Virus record (IMG/VR): IMGVR_UViG_3300044731_002104
Direction: 5' to 3' (one strand)
DNA: 64,000 bases
Origin: an uncultured virus (IMG/VR IMGVR_UViG_3300044731_002104)
Lineage: Duplodnaviria; Heunggongvirae; Uroviricota; Caudoviricetes
Positions 8,268 to 18,236 of this stretch are shown in pieces. The stretch's first letter is position 1. Each line of letters begins with the position of its first letter. Both the position numbers and the translations under genes were made by a program. The notes beneath the pieces are model-generated. The model did not search any database, was not told the origin of the DNA, and saw only the letters and a program-made list of their open reading frames with translations.

Positions 8268-10219
8268 AGCATCAGTCCGAGCTGCAGCGCATCTGCGTCC
8301 GACAACTGACGGGCCAATCCGCGCGCCAATTCGCGGTAGTCAGTCTCATTGCCGAGAATAAGTATGTGAAATTGCTCGACCGAAATTTCAATTTTTCGCT
8401 TGCGCCGATAGCTTATCTGGAAGTACGGGGCGTAGATGGGATTGAGCTGGTAGTCTACGATGTCTAGCCCCACGCCGGACTTCGACTTAGTTTCTTGTTG
8501 CTCCACTAGGATGCCAAAACGCAGCGCTTCACCGATAAAGGCGTGTTCCTCCGCTTCCAAGGGGCGGCCACCAGAGTTAATTGTGAACTGATTCTGTTCA
8601 GGTTCGCTCATGGCTGGGCTCGCCTGTAGTGCTCGGAAGATGCTTCCTAGGCGCAGGACAAAAACCCGTAATTGCTCTCCGAATCGCCCGAAGGTGCGAA
8701 TCTCCTTGATCAATTGTTCTGAGGCATCGTAGGCCGCCCGGCACTGAATGTCGACCGAGTAAGGACCATCAGGTTCATCTCGCAAGTCTGCAACCTCAAG
8801 GGTCTTGTAGCAAAGGATCAGAAAATTCCGTAAATTGTTGTTGGCCATAGTGGCCAAAGTGTCAAAGCCGCTGTAAAGCGGGCATTCACGGGCGAAGGGG
8901 CGGTATAGCTCCAAGATTGAGCCAAATAAGTTGTTGTGTACCCACGAGGATTCGAACATCCCCGATCGCTCAGTGGAATAGCGTTTCAGTTCAGCTAGTA
9001 CATTCTCTGGGCGTAATGTTTCGCGGTTGAGCAGGGCCGGTAGGGTAACCAGGGCTTCGGGGGCAGCGCCATCGAACATGAAGTCGTCGGTTATCAGCTT
9101 TGTTGAACGGTCCTTCAGAGCCTTAGCGACCTTGCGCGTCAGAATTTCGCGAAGCGCGGCGTTCTGCAAGGCGTGAATAGCAATCAGCCTGTCGTTGGTC
9201 TCAGGGAAGCGCTTACGCATAATCCCGATGACCTCCTTTTGGTAGGCAGATTGCTGTCGCTCAGCTATGCGATTTTGCGATCGCACTATTTCTAGGCGTG
9301 GGCTGTTATGTCGTTTCGCCGCGATATCAAGATTGCCAAGAAAAACCTCAGCAAAGAATGTCGTGGGCTTGCTGTTCTCCAAGTACTTATCTAGGTCTAG
9401 AAGTCGATAGTCGTGTGTGGCGTTGATTGATTCAGGCCCTGAAGTCTGGTTGTCGGACGGATGTTCTTTTGAAGTGAAACTGACGATCAACGGACGCTGG
9501 CTGTGTTTCAAAAAAGCGTTCAACACATGTCGTTGGTAGGGCACCAGGTTCTCGACTTCATCTACGTAAACGAAAAGAGCTAGCGAAGCCAGCGCAGTGT
9601 GCTCCTGGAGATCTGCAATTAGCGACGAAAGGAAGTCCCGGCCTGGTGGCAGAACTGGGCGTTCCATGGCGTTCACGTTGGAAACCCACGTCGTGAACCT
9701 GCGCCTCAAGGATTCCAGATACCGACGCAAGCCGCCGACGTCGGATGAGACGTTGCCCATGTAGTCAGCAGCGCTTGGCAGCGTCAAAGATGCTAATTCC
9801 CTGTCGCCAAAGCCCTCGAACTTGCTCTGAGCTATGGCGTTGATCGCATGAAGCAGCTCAATTGCGATTACAAGGCCAAAATAGCTTTCAAAGACGACGC
9901 TCCACTCGGATTCTTCGATGCCTCGATGATTGAGCGAACTGCAGAATTGTGTGTCAACACGCCAGTAGATGCCGACATGATCAATCTCGCTGGCTGGGAT
10001 TTGGTCGCGTCGTTTGGAGAACGCCGTGTGGTAATCGAAGTACTTCAGCAGCATGGTCTTGCCGCAGCCACGTTTGCCTGTTATGTAGACGGACTTCGTC
10101 GCAGTTGATAGCGCCAGCTTATCGAAATACGGAGGTATGAAGAATTCGCCCCAGACGTCGGCTTCGTGCTCTTCAGCCCGTGTCTTGGCTAACAGGGAAG
10201 CGTCGATTTGAATTGTCAT
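8264..10219 (-). CDS. ORC/CDC6-like AAA+ ATPase
   Basis: Start at ATG 10219 (TGATG overlap with upstream stop); Walker A GKRGCGKT, Walker B YVDEVEN. Confidence 0.8.
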   Translation of the reverse strand: MTIQIDASLLAKTRAEEHEADVWGEFFIPPYFDKLALSTATKSVYITGKRGCGKTMLLKYFDYHTAFSKRRDQIPASEIDHVGIYWRVDTQFCSSLNHRGIEESEWSVVFESYFGLVIAIELLHAINAIAQSKFEGFGDRELASLTLPSAADYMGNVSSDVGGLRRYLESLRRRFTTWVSNVNAMERPVLPPGRDFLSSLIADLQEHTALASLALFVYVDEVENLVPYQRHVLNAFLKHSQRPLIVSFTSKEHPSDNQTSGPESINATHDYRLLDLDKYLENSKPTTFFAEVFLGNLDIAAKRHNSPRLEIVRSQNRIAERQQSAYQKEVIGIMRKRFPETNDRLIAIHALQNAALREILTRKVAKALKDRSTKLITDDFMFDGAAPEALVTLPALLNRETLRPENVLAELKRYSTERSGMFESSWVHNNLFGSILELYRPFARECPLYSGFDTLATMANNNLRNFLILCYKTLEVADLRDEPDGPYSVDIQCRAAYDASEQLIKEIRTFGRFGEQLRVFVLRLGSIFRALQASPAMSEPEQNQFTINSGGRPLEAEEHAFIGEALRFGILVEQQETKSKSGVGLDIVDYQLNPIYAPYFQISYRRKRKIEISVEQFHILILGNETDYRELARGLARQLSDADALQLGLML

Positions 10220-11115
10220 CAGGTTCCTCTGTCTATGAGCGGCTGCCAAGTAGGGGAGATGTCCCAGAGCAGTTGGATGGAGTCGTCGGGCACTCCGTGT
10301 TCGAAAGCGACCAGTGCTCCGATGTCTCCATAGCCACCTGCACCATTTCCTTTCTCGAATTTTTGATTGCGGTGGTGGACTTCTGCGTACACCTCCATCG
10401 GTGAAGCATTGTCGTAGCGCCACTGTCCTGTGTCGACCCACTTTTGGCACAGCGATGCAAAGCACATCTCTGGTGTTAACAATTCACCGTAGTAGATAGG
10501 TACATCGGGGAACTGTTCCTTGAGGGTCGTGGTTGCTGTATTGTGGGCAATTGAAACTGCAATGGCTACGCGCCCAGTGGAAAAATCGATATCCCAGTTC
10601 CTCAAGAAGTTGCACAGCTGCACGCCTGTATAAGTACCGTCATCGACCACTATGAAACGTTCGTTGGGCTGAAGTACTGTGATTTCAGATGGAAAATACT
10701 TACTGATTCGGTAGCGCTGGTTGACAAGACGAGCTACCAACTCCCCGCTTTTGCCAGGCGAGACGAAACCTAGCGAAGGCAACGACGGCGGGCCACAAAA
10801 TATATTGAGACCGGTGCTGCCCTTCAACGCATCACTCCAGGCTACGGCCCCTTGCTTACCCTGCTGCTCAACGAATTGAATTGTCGCCTGTTTCAAGGCC
10901 TGCCGTATGGACGACATCAACTGATCGTTCGTGCGGAAGATCATGTTGCGCAAAATTAGCCATGCCAGCGTCTTCTCCGCGGGAGATTGGAATTGCTTGA
11001 CCCACAGCTTGATTCGTTCGATGGCGAGAGACTTTCGGACGCCAGTGCGGCTTAGTAAGTGGACCGCACGCTCGACGGCAAGCTGATCGAATGCGCCGAA
11101 TTCAAAGGTTTGCAT
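10219..11115 (-). CDS. Phosphoribosyltransferase-like protein (conflict-system type)
   Basis: PRPP-binding loop FIVVDDGTYTG, GKSG, C-terminal FEHGVPD. Confidence 0.78.
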   Translation of the reverse strand: MQTFEFGAFDQLAVERAVHLLSRTGVRKSLAIERIKLWVKQFQSPAEKTLAWLILRNMIFRTNDQLMSSIRQALKQATIQFVEQQGKQGAVAWSDALKGSTGLNIFCGPPSLPSLGFVSPGKSGELVARLVNQRYRISKYFPSEITVLQPNERFIVVDDGTYTGVQLCNFLRNWDIDFSTGRVAIAVSIAHNTATTTLKEQFPDVPIYYGELLTPEMCFASLCQKWVDTGQWRYDNASPMEVYAEVHHRNQKFEKGNGAGGYGDIGALVAFEHGVPDDSIQLLWDISPTWQPLIDRGT

Positions 11116-11183
11116 AATTGTGGTGAAAGCAAGGCTTGATATCGGAAAAATTGCTGTTGGCGAACCGTTCGAACATGTTCACC

Positions 11184-12098
11184 TTAGGCCAATTCCAGAT
11201 CTAAGGCGTAGCGCTTCTGATTCCGCACAATCCTGTAAAAAGTTGGGTGGTATCCGAGTCCGAGGATTTTATCCTTGTGAAATTCAATGTCGCTTTGTTC
11301 CATTCGCGCGCCAAAGATCACCTCAGTGAGCGACTTCTTATCGAATTCTCTTGCACGATGCCCAAGAACCTTAGGTCTGGTGTAGCCGAAGGTATGTTGC
11401 TCCCGGATGTTCTTTGCGGTCCATGTATCGCCTTCATTTTCAGCAATGCGCAGCGCTTCGGCTGCCTTTGTAGTCAATTCAAGGTTGCTATAGCGTTCAT
11501 ATTCGGCAACAGAGAAGGAACGCCACTCGCGCTCGTAAGACCATTCTGCTGACTTTTGAAAGCACGCAATGCGTGCGAGCTCTTGCTCAGTGTGAGCCCA
11601 GATGTCGACCTCTCGGTACATCGAGTGATATGCAACTTCCACTGCCTCTGGAAGACCAGTTTTCTTCCAATCAAAGCCGAGGCACATTCCTTTATGTTCC
11701 GCACCGTAATGAGCCCACATGAGTAGGTTGTTTCGCTCTTGACTTAGTGATAGCACTCCATGATGGTCAAGGACATCGCGGTAGTATCTGTGGAAGTCCA
11801 TCGTGCCATTTTTGATGTGATTCATCTGAACTTCGACATTGCGCTTCACTTGCGCCCAGGTCTGGTTCAGGGTCTCTAGATAGTTGCCGTTCAAGCGATT
11901 GCGCTCACGCAAAACCCGCAAGTGGTTTACTTCAGCTTTTTCTGCGCACGATGTCAGATCGAGCTCAATATGCGCCTCGTAAGGATCATTCAAAGTCGTC
12001 GGGGGTGCGTAGTAAAGTTTGCCCTCCTTGAAGATCCGCGCTGTGTTGCAGGCATCATCAGCCCATCTGGCGGCGGACCTGTACTTGTAAAGCTGCAT
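11184..12098 (-). CDS. DUF2971-family protein
   Basis: LNDPYE, LLMWAHYG..H.G.CLGF and KSAEWSYEREWR motifs. Confidence 0.8.
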   Translation of the reverse strand: MQLYKYRSAARWADDACNTARIFKEGKLYYAPPTTLNDPYEAHIELDLTSCAEKAEVNHLRVLRERNRLNGNYLETLNQTWAQVKRNVEVQMNHIKNGTMDFHRYYRDVLDHHGVLSLSQERNNLLMWAHYGAEHKGMCLGFDWKKTGLPEAVEVAYHSMYREVDIWAHTEQELARIACFQKSAEWSYEREWRSFSVAEYERYSNLELTTKAAEALRIAENEGDTWTAKNIREQHTFGYTRPKVLGHRAREFDKKSLTEVIFGARMEQSDIEFHKDKILGLGYHPTFYRIVRNQKRYALDLELA

Positions 12099-12349
12099 CT
12101 CATCTCACTCTCGATAACTTGTCTGTTGATTGAGTCGATGTTATCAAGCGGTTTCGTGGTATGGATTAAAACCAGTCGCAGCCGCAAGATGTGCATCTGG
12201 AAGATCGTACCCGGTCCCGCTTTTCAATTCCATATGTCAGCGCACTAGGGTACTGGGTAGTCTTCATCAGTGATTTATAAATGGTGGCCAGGGAGCAATT
12301 TGTCAGCTAAGCAGCAATCTCGGCTACGATCTTGGTAAAGGGAACCCAT

Positions 12350-12793
12350 ATGTCCACCTTTGCAAATCAACTCAAAAGCGAAATCAGCCGACTTGCCAAG
12401 AAGGAAGTCCGAGCTGAAACCCAAGCCTTGAAGAAGGCGTCGGCACAGTACCGAAGCGAAATTGCTGCACTCAAACGTCGCGTTGCCGGACTGGAAGCTC
12501 AGACCAAGAAACAGAGCAAGGGTGCTGCTCGTGCAAAACCTGCTGAAACTGCAGATGAGGATGTTGGCACCTCACTTCGATTCCGCGTAGCAGGCTTTGC
12601 AGCATTGCGCAAAAAACTGAACATCAGCGCTGCCGAGATGGGCAAGCTGCTGGGCGTGTCTGCCCAGAGCGTGTATCACTGGGAAACAGGCAAAACCAAG
12701 CCCCGGGCCAGTCAATTGGCCGCTATTGCCGCAGTGAGAAAATTGGGCAAGCGCGCAGTCGCCGCCAAGCTGGGCGATTCTGCTGAAGCTTGA
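12350..12793 (+). CDS. XRE-family HTH regulator with N-terminal coiled coil
   Basis: LRKKLNISAAEMGKLLGVSAQSVYHWETGKTKP. Confidence 0.85.
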   Translation: MSTFANQLKSEISRLAKKEVRAETQALKKASAQYRSEIAALKRRVAGLEAQTKKQSKGAARAKPAETADEDVGTSLRFRVAGFAALRKKLNISAAEMGKLLGVSAQSVYHWETGKTKPRASQLAAIAAVRKLGKRAVAAKLGDSAEA

Positions 12794-12831
12794 TGTTTCA
12801 AAACCCCAATTCAATACCAAGGAGAAACTGA

Positions 12832-13113
12832 ATGAACAAGGCTGAACTGATTGAAGCAATCGTCAAAGAAACCGAATTGTCGAAGGCTGCTGCCGCCCGC
12901 GCCCTCAATGCCGTGCTCGACACCATCGTCAAAACTGTGGCCAAGAAGCAGGACGTCCAGCTGATCGGTTTTGGCACCTTCAAGGCGGCCAAGCGCGCTG
13001 CCCGTACTGGCAAGAACCCCCGTACTGGTGAGAAGCTGAAGATTGCAGCGGCCACCGTGCCCAAGTTCAGCGCTGGTGCAGCCTTCAAAGCCGCCGTGAA
13101 CAAAAAGAAGTGA
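12832..13113 (+). CDS. hup: HU family DNA-binding protein
   Basis: MNKAELI...GFGTF...RAARTGKNPRTGE; AAGGAG RBS. Confidence 0.95.
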   Translation: MNKAELIEAIVKETELSKAAAARALNAVLDTIVKTVAKKQDVQLIGFGTFKAAKRAARTGKNPRTGEKLKIAAATVPKFSAGAAFKAAVNKKK

Positions 13114-13132
13114 TCTGACTTGCTCAGACGTG

Positions 13133-13157
13133 CGGCCCTTCGGGGCCGTTTCAGTTT
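13133..13157 (+). terminator. Rho-independent terminator after HU
   Basis: CGGCCC-TTCG-GGGCCG stem followed by TTTCAGTTT. Confidence 0.7.
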
Positions 13158-13591
13158 GCGATGGCCTGAAACTTTTCTTGCTGCTCACTCCAGAGGACCG
13201 GGATGGGGTGCTTGGTGAACCAATGCAAGTTCAGCCCCTTGGGCTGGGTGCCTTGAAGGATGCTTTCGATGATTTTGGGATCCAGCAGCGTCAAGCGCAT
13301 GCATTCGTTGACTGTGGCCTGATCCAGGCCCTCCTGCCTGGCAATTTCGACGCCACTGCGCACGATGCCCTCGTCGATGAGCCGCTTCCAGTAAAAGGCT
13401 CGGGTGAGTCCTTCAATTAATTTGGTGTCGGGCAGCCTGGCAAAGTCCTTGATCGCCTGCGCAGCGTTTTCCGGTGGCTCAACCACGCTGCGTCCACCGC
13501 GCTTGACGAACTTCAAGGGAATGAATGTGCTGAACTCCACAGGAGTTGCGGTGTTGGCCACGCCGTTGCTCACCGACTGTGCGTTATTCAT
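13151..13591 (-). CDS. Recombinase-associated conserved protein (HTH-like)
   Basis: RAFYW...EIARQEG...LTLLDP.IIESIL.G.QP; ATGA overlap with recombinase. Confidence 0.7.
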   Translation of the reverse strand: MNNAQSVSNGVANTATPVEFSTFIPLKFVKRGGRSVVEPPENAAQAIKDFARLPDTKLIEGLTRAFYWKRLIDEGIVRSGVEIARQEGLDQATVNECMRLTLLDPKIIESILQGTQPKGLNLHWFTKHPIPVLWSEQQEKFQAIAN

Positions 13592-14949
13592 GCTGCCTCC
13601 AATTCAAGCAGTTCATATTCAAGTTTTTCATATCCGGCCAGGTTCTTGGGCGGCACGCCGATCAGTGCTCCCCAAGCTTCAAATCGCCAATCCACATGCA
13701 AGCCTTCCGGTGCAACCGTGATGCGCTTGATGAGTGTGCGCACGATGTCTTGTTTGGCCTGCGTGGCCAACTGATCCCACAGGCCAGCCGTGTTTTTGAA
13801 GAACAGCACCATGGCTTCAGGTTCGGTCAGATCAGGGTTGATCACGCAAATCTGCTGCCAGCAGTTGTGGACCATCTGACCTGATCGCAGCACTTCGAGC
13901 ACCTTCTCCAACACGGAGTTCTCAATGCCCGCTGCAGGCAAGTTGGCAAACTCCACGGTGCCAGCCCCCATTTTTTGGTTTTTGTTGACCACGTAGTAGC
14001 GGTACAACTTGCCGGTGGTCTTGCGGGTGGCCATCGGCAGGTAGAGGTCTCCATCGGGTGTGAACATCATCCCGCGCAGCAAGAAGCCATGCCTGCATTT
14101 CTGTCCAAAGGTCTCACGAGCCCGGTCACGGCTGTTTTCGGCCATGATCTCTTGCACTCGGTCCCACAGCGACTGATCAATCAGTGCTTCGTGCTGACCT
14201 GGGTAAAAGTTGCCCTTGTGCCCAAGGTCACCGATGTAGAGGCGGTTGTGCAGGATGGTGTAGAGGGCCTGCTTGGTCAGTGGCTTGCCATTCTTGCTCC
14301 TGACCCCTTGCTCCACGAGTTGCTTGACCATCAATGTAGTTGAGCGTGTGGCGACAAACGAGTCAAAGATCTGCCGCACCACCTGGGCTTCCTCTGGTAC
14401 CGCGACCAGCTTACGGTTGTCCACGCAGTAACCCATCGGGACTTGTCCGCCCATCCACATGCCCTTGCGTTTGGAGGCTGCGATCTTGTCGCGGATGCGC
14501 TCGCCGGTCACCTCTCGCTCAAATTGGGCAAATGACAACAGGACGTTGAGCATCAGGCGCCCCATGGAGGTGGCCGAATTGATCTGCTGCGTGACCGAGC
14601 TGAAGCTTGCCTTGTACCGATCAAAGAGCTGGATCATCTTGGCGAAGTCCGCCAGCGACCTTGAGAGACGGTCGATCTTGTAGACCACCACGATGTCGAT
14701 CTTGCCGTCCTGAATGTCTCTGAGCAGGCGTTTGAGACCTGGGCGGTCCATATTGCCGCCTGTGAAACCAGGGTCCTCGTAGCTGTCCTCGACTGGCTCC
14801 CAGCCCTCCGAGCGCTGACTGGCAATAAAAGCAGCCCCAGCTTCCCGTTGGGCATCGATGGAGTTGAAGGTTTGATCCAGCCGCTCGTCCGAGGATACAC
14901 GGCAGTACACGGCGCATCGTTTGGGTGTGGGTTGTAGCGTCTCGCTCAT
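13588..14949 (-). CDS. Large serine recombinase (prophage integrase)
   Basis: CAVYCRVSS, DRPGL, VYKIDRLSRS, recombinase domain; start at ATG 14949. Confidence 0.92.
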   Translation of the reverse strand: MSETLQPTPKRCAVYCRVSSDERLDQTFNSIDAQREAGAAFIASQRSEGWEPVEDSYEDPGFTGGNMDRPGLKRLLRDIQDGKIDIVVVYKIDRLSRSLADFAKMIQLFDRYKASFSSVTQQINSATSMGRLMLNVLLSFAQFEREVTGERIRDKIAASKRKGMWMGGQVPMGYCVDNRKLVAVPEEAQVVRQIFDSFVATRSTTLMVKQLVEQGVRSKNGKPLTKQALYTILHNRLYIGDLGHKGNFYPGQHEALIDQSLWDRVQEIMAENSRDRARETFGQKCRHGFLLRGMMFTPDGDLYLPMATRKTTGKLYRYYVVNKNQKMGAGTVEFANLPAAGIENSVLEKVLEVLRSGQMVHNCWQQICVINPDLTEPEAMVLFFKNTAGLWDQLATQAKQDIVRTLIKRITVAPEGLHVDWRFEAWGALIGVPPKNLAGYEKLEYELLELEAA

Positions 14950-15416
14950 GCCTTCTTGCCTTTCAAGCCAAAGAAGGCGGGGCCCGACCATTGCGTGCCC
15001 GTGATCAGCTTGGCAATGGCCGACAAGCTTTTGTATTGATGGCCGTCGTATTCATAGCCGCCATCGGCCAGCACCGTGACTTTGTATTTCTTGCCGTCAA
15101 ATTCACGCAAGAGCGTGGTGCCTGGCAGCACTGTCCGGGTGGATGGAGCGGCGGTCTTGATTTTCGAAAAGCGGGCGCCGTAGTCGGCCAGCATGTCGCG
15201 GGTGCCGGTGGGCAGCGCACCATAGGCCTGCTCTTGCAGCTTGTAGCCCAAGCGTGACTCGATGTGCGTGCGATTGGGCCGGGCAGGCCTGCGCACAAAG
15301 AATTGATCCCACAGCGCCCAAAGCTCGGGCATTTTCATGTTCGAGAGCGCGTGGAGTTTTTCGGAGATTTCGCTGGTGCGCAGGATGTCGCGCATCGGCG
15401 GGGCGGTGTTTTTCAA
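14946..15416 (-). CDS. DUF2924-family protein
   Basis: PGTTLLREFDG...YKSLSAIAKLITGTQWSGPAFFGL; usual partner of such recombinases. Confidence 0.85.
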   Translation of the reverse strand: MKNTAPPMRDILRTSEISEKLHALSNMKMPELWALWDQFFVRRPARPNRTHIESRLGYKLQEQAYGALPTGTRDMLADYGARFSKIKTAAPSTRTVLPGTTLLREFDGKKYKVTVLADGGYEYDGHQYKSLSAIAKLITGTQWSGPAFFGLKGKKA

Positions 15417-15643
15417 GGCTGTGACTCCATATGAGTAGACGGGTTTGCATTGACGCTCTGGTAGGCATGGAAGTCGAGAAACTTGTCTCGATCAGTCGCA
15501 TATACCCAACTGCTGTTGGCCTGCGTGAGGGACTGGTGTTGATCAACGACCGCTTGTGCGATCAAGTGAGCGATTTGCGCAAGGGAGAGGTACCCGCTTT
15601 TCTCGGCCGGGTTGCCTTGGGCTGGGGTTGGGAAGTGGTCCAT
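15413..15643 (-). CDS. Small hypothetical protein upstream of DUF2924
   Basis: IAHLIAQAVV segment; overlaps next gene. Confidence 0.45.
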   Translation of the reverse strand: MDHFPTPAQGNPAEKSGYLSLAQIAHLIAQAVVDQHQSLTQANSSWVYATDRDKFLDFHAYQSVNANPSTHMESQP

Positions 15644-15808
15644 TGAGGGGCTTTGATTGATCAAATCTGACCCCAGAAATCGTAGCCAAAACACCCAAAT
15701 TCGAGTCTGTGTTTTAGAGGGCCATCAACACGCTACAGAGCACAAAGCCGCATGAATCCAGGCTTTTTGTGCGACTGCCAAGCAACCATGCGGCCTGCCG
15801 TGACGGTT

Positions 15809-15843
15809 TTGACAGATTTCTAAAAAGCTGTATATTTATCCAG
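15809..15843 (+). promoter_or_regulatory. sigma70 promoter overlapped by a LexA (SOS) box
   Basis: TTGACA 15809-15814, TATATT 15831-15836; CTGTATATTTATCCAG (CTG-N10-CAG) 15828-15843. Confidence 0.8.
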
Positions 15844-15937
15844 CAATCCGGCAAAACTCATCTCAAGCCCCAGGTCAACAGATCAGGGGGTTGAGACGCC
15901 TCATTGCCAAAACAAACAACAACAAAGGAGACAACGA

Positions 15938-17179
15938 ATGAGCCGCACTCAGACCTACGCCGACATCTTGCTGAACCTGCCTGTCGACGACACCCTCAAA
16001 ACCTTCATCGAGCGCCACACATTGCCTATGCCCGAGGGCTGGGTCTGGCATGACTCGATCCAAGCCTCCAAGAGCCTGATTGGCTTGATTCAGATGCACC
16101 CTAATGTTGCTATGCGCGACCGCATCGTGGCCGGACTGCACGCCAGCACGCTGCTGGCCCACCCCTTGGGCAAGCAGGCCATGTTTCAGGCTGCGCATGA
16201 CCGGCCGACGGAATTGATGGGACTCATCGCTTGCAAGAACGACCTGCACCGGGCCTTCTGGCTCTACGTCCATCACCCGGCGCTGTTTGAGGCGGCGGCC
16301 GAGATCGAATACCTGGACCACCACGGTCAACAAGCTCAGCAGCACGACTTGGGGCTCAAGGGGACCATCAAGCGTGACGAGGAGTCGATCGCTGCATTCG
16401 GTGATGCCATCAAAGGCTTCTACCAGCGGGAGTTGGGGTGTGGCGAGGTGTGCGTGGTCAATGTACTGGACCGGGCACGCGGCACGCAATTGATCTCTAT
16501 CCATGCCAAGGACCTGGCCACGGCCAAGTTGGAGTTTGAGGGCAGTCAGCTGCAGCGCAGGGTGGGCAGCCCGAACATCCACATGGTGCTGGAATACGCC
16601 CAAGCCACCGGTGTGGCCCGCACCATCATCCGTGGTGGCGCCAAGTACCACGCCATGTTGTGTGAGGCCTTCGCTAAGCACCTGCTTGGTGTGGATGCCG
16701 ATGCACAGCGGATCCAGACGCCGCGCCTGAACCTGTCCACGCTGCGCTTGGGGTTGAACATTCCGCAGGCGATTGATGACGGATTCGTCGGATTTCAGGT
16801 CAAGAGCGTGACCGTGGTCAGTGGATGCGGGCGACTCAAGATGGAATGCACGGCCAGTGCGTCCAGCGATCAACGCTGCGTGACGGAGCTGCTGCAGGAC
16901 TACTTCGTTGCTGAGAATCCGCTCGCTCGTGGCTGGACGATTCAGGCTGCTGTTCTCAACTTCTATCTGGCGCCGATGCGGGGCAAAAGCCGCTGCCAGG
17001 TGGTCAGTGTGGAGATCACCAGCAAGGGGCGACTAAACCTGCACAAGTTTGATGAGAAGCTGCGCGCCCAACTTGAGGGCTATCTGGTCCAGTTGGGCAT
17101 CTTGAAGGCGCAGCAGGTCCTCAAGACAGCACGAGAGCAGGAGGAGCCTGCGACCATGGACGGCAACTTGTTCGAGTGA
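15938..17179 (+). CDS. Hypothetical protein, first gene behind the SOS box
   Basis: 413-aa ORF with AAGGAG RBS. Confidence 0.8.
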   Translation: MSRTQTYADILLNLPVDDTLKTFIERHTLPMPEGWVWHDSIQASKSLIGLIQMHPNVAMRDRIVAGLHASTLLAHPLGKQAMFQAAHDRPTELMGLIACKNDLHRAFWLYVHHPALFEAAAEIEYLDHHGQQAQQHDLGLKGTIKRDEESIAAFGDAIKGFYQRELGCGEVCVVNVLDRARGTQLISIHAKDLATAKLEFEGSQLQRRVGSPNIHMVLEYAQATGVARTIIRGGAKYHAMLCEAFAKHLLGVDADAQRIQTPRLNLSTLRLGLNIPQAIDDGFVGFQVKSVTVVSGCGRLKMECTASASSDQRCVTELLQDYFVAENPLARGWTIQAAVLNFYLAPMRGKSRCQVVSVEITSKGRLNLHKFDEKLRAQLEGYLVQLGILKAQQVLKTAREQEEPATMDGNLFE

Positions 17180-17186
17180 GGTGTGA

Positions 17187-18158
17187 ATGGAGTTGACCCT
17201 CAATCAGCAAGCCATCAGCTTGGCCGCATTGATGTTCGTGCGAGGCAGTGCATCCTTTGAGAGCAGCCTGCACGATGAAGAAATTGCGGCTCTACAGGTT
17301 CTCAAACAGGTGAAGGCCGTTGTACCCGGTGTGGTCAACAGCCAGGATGCACTTTGCGCTTTCTGTGGCCTTTACCGTGGACCGATCTTCAGGACGGACG
17401 ATGGGCTCATGGTGCAGTGCCCGGACTGTGGTCCGTTTGCCCTGGATCCAGCCAGTCAGCGCAATTGGCGCCTGGACGATGAATGGCTGATCCGAAAGCT
17501 GCGTGGCGCACTGGACATCTCGCCACAAGCAAGCACCGCCCACATCGTCGATGGTGTGTGGGACATTGGTCGGTACAAGAAGCGGCCGGTGGTGTTGGCT
17601 CGCCGCATCGATCTGGTTGAGCGCCACGGGCTACGGATTTTTCATGGACCTGAGCCACGCAGTCAAAGCTGGGTCATCACGCCACGGCCGTTGGTGCGAC
17701 AACCGTTGGATCCGCTGGCGGGGATGGCTACTTGGTGGCAGCTCGAGGACCGGTTCGCCTTGCACGGTTTGGCATTGCGATTGCTCGATCCGGACCGGGG
17801 TGAAAAAGCCGATGCCCTGCAAGACGGCATCCCGAGCGTGGCTGTCCATGGGCCGTTCAGTGAGGGCTTTGCCTGGGTGCATCTGGGAGATTGGCCGCAT
17901 GGCCCCATTCGATTGACTGATGCCCAAGCGCATCTCTTTGCAGCACTCTGGAAGCACCGTAACCAGCCACAGTCTGCTGAGTTCCTCATGAGAGAAGCGG
18001 GGTTGGGCAGTGAGCGACCGATCGATGTCTTCAAGTTGAAAACATCCAACCGTGGCGACCCTCGGTATGAGGGGCCGATGCAGGCCTACAAAACGCTGGT
18101 CATCCGTCAACGGCGTAATGGCCTTTATCAGCTGAATTGCGCTGCGGGATCGGCTTGA
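17187..18158 (+). CDS. Hypothetical protein with zinc ribbon and probable C-terminal winged helix
   Basis: CAFC..CPDC; C-terminal LTDAQAHLFAALW...NGLYQL. Confidence 0.75.
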   Translation: MELTLNQQAISLAALMFVRGSASFESSLHDEEIAALQVLKQVKAVVPGVVNSQDALCAFCGLYRGPIFRTDDGLMVQCPDCGPFALDPASQRNWRLDDEWLIRKLRGALDISPQASTAHIVDGVWDIGRYKKRPVVLARRIDLVERHGLRIFHGPEPRSQSWVITPRPLVRQPLDPLAGMATWWQLEDRFALHGLALRLLDPDRGEKADALQDGIPSVAVHGPFSEGFAWVHLGDWPHGPIRLTDAQAHLFAALWKHRNQPQSAEFLMREAGLGSERPIDVFKLKTSNRGDPRYEGPMQAYKTLVIRQRRNGLYQLNCAAGSA

Positions 18159-18236
18159 AATGAACTGTGCACGGGAGCATTTGCGACGGCAGCCATCCAT
18201 GCGGACCACACTTTTACCCCTTTCATGGCGACAAAA

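Larger units (their letters stand above)
2816..12098. mobile_element. Putative defence island next to tRNA-Lys (two convergent gene sets)
   Basis: Visibly lower GC than the prophage; MTase, two P-loop ATPases, HEPN, MazG-like, PRTase-like and DUF2971-like genes; borders not defined. Confidence 0.6.

Noticed and set aside
10220..10465. 82-aa N-terminal extension of the ATPase in the ORF track
   Set aside because: Overlaps the PRTase gene; ATG 10219 with TGATG coupling is the more plausible start.
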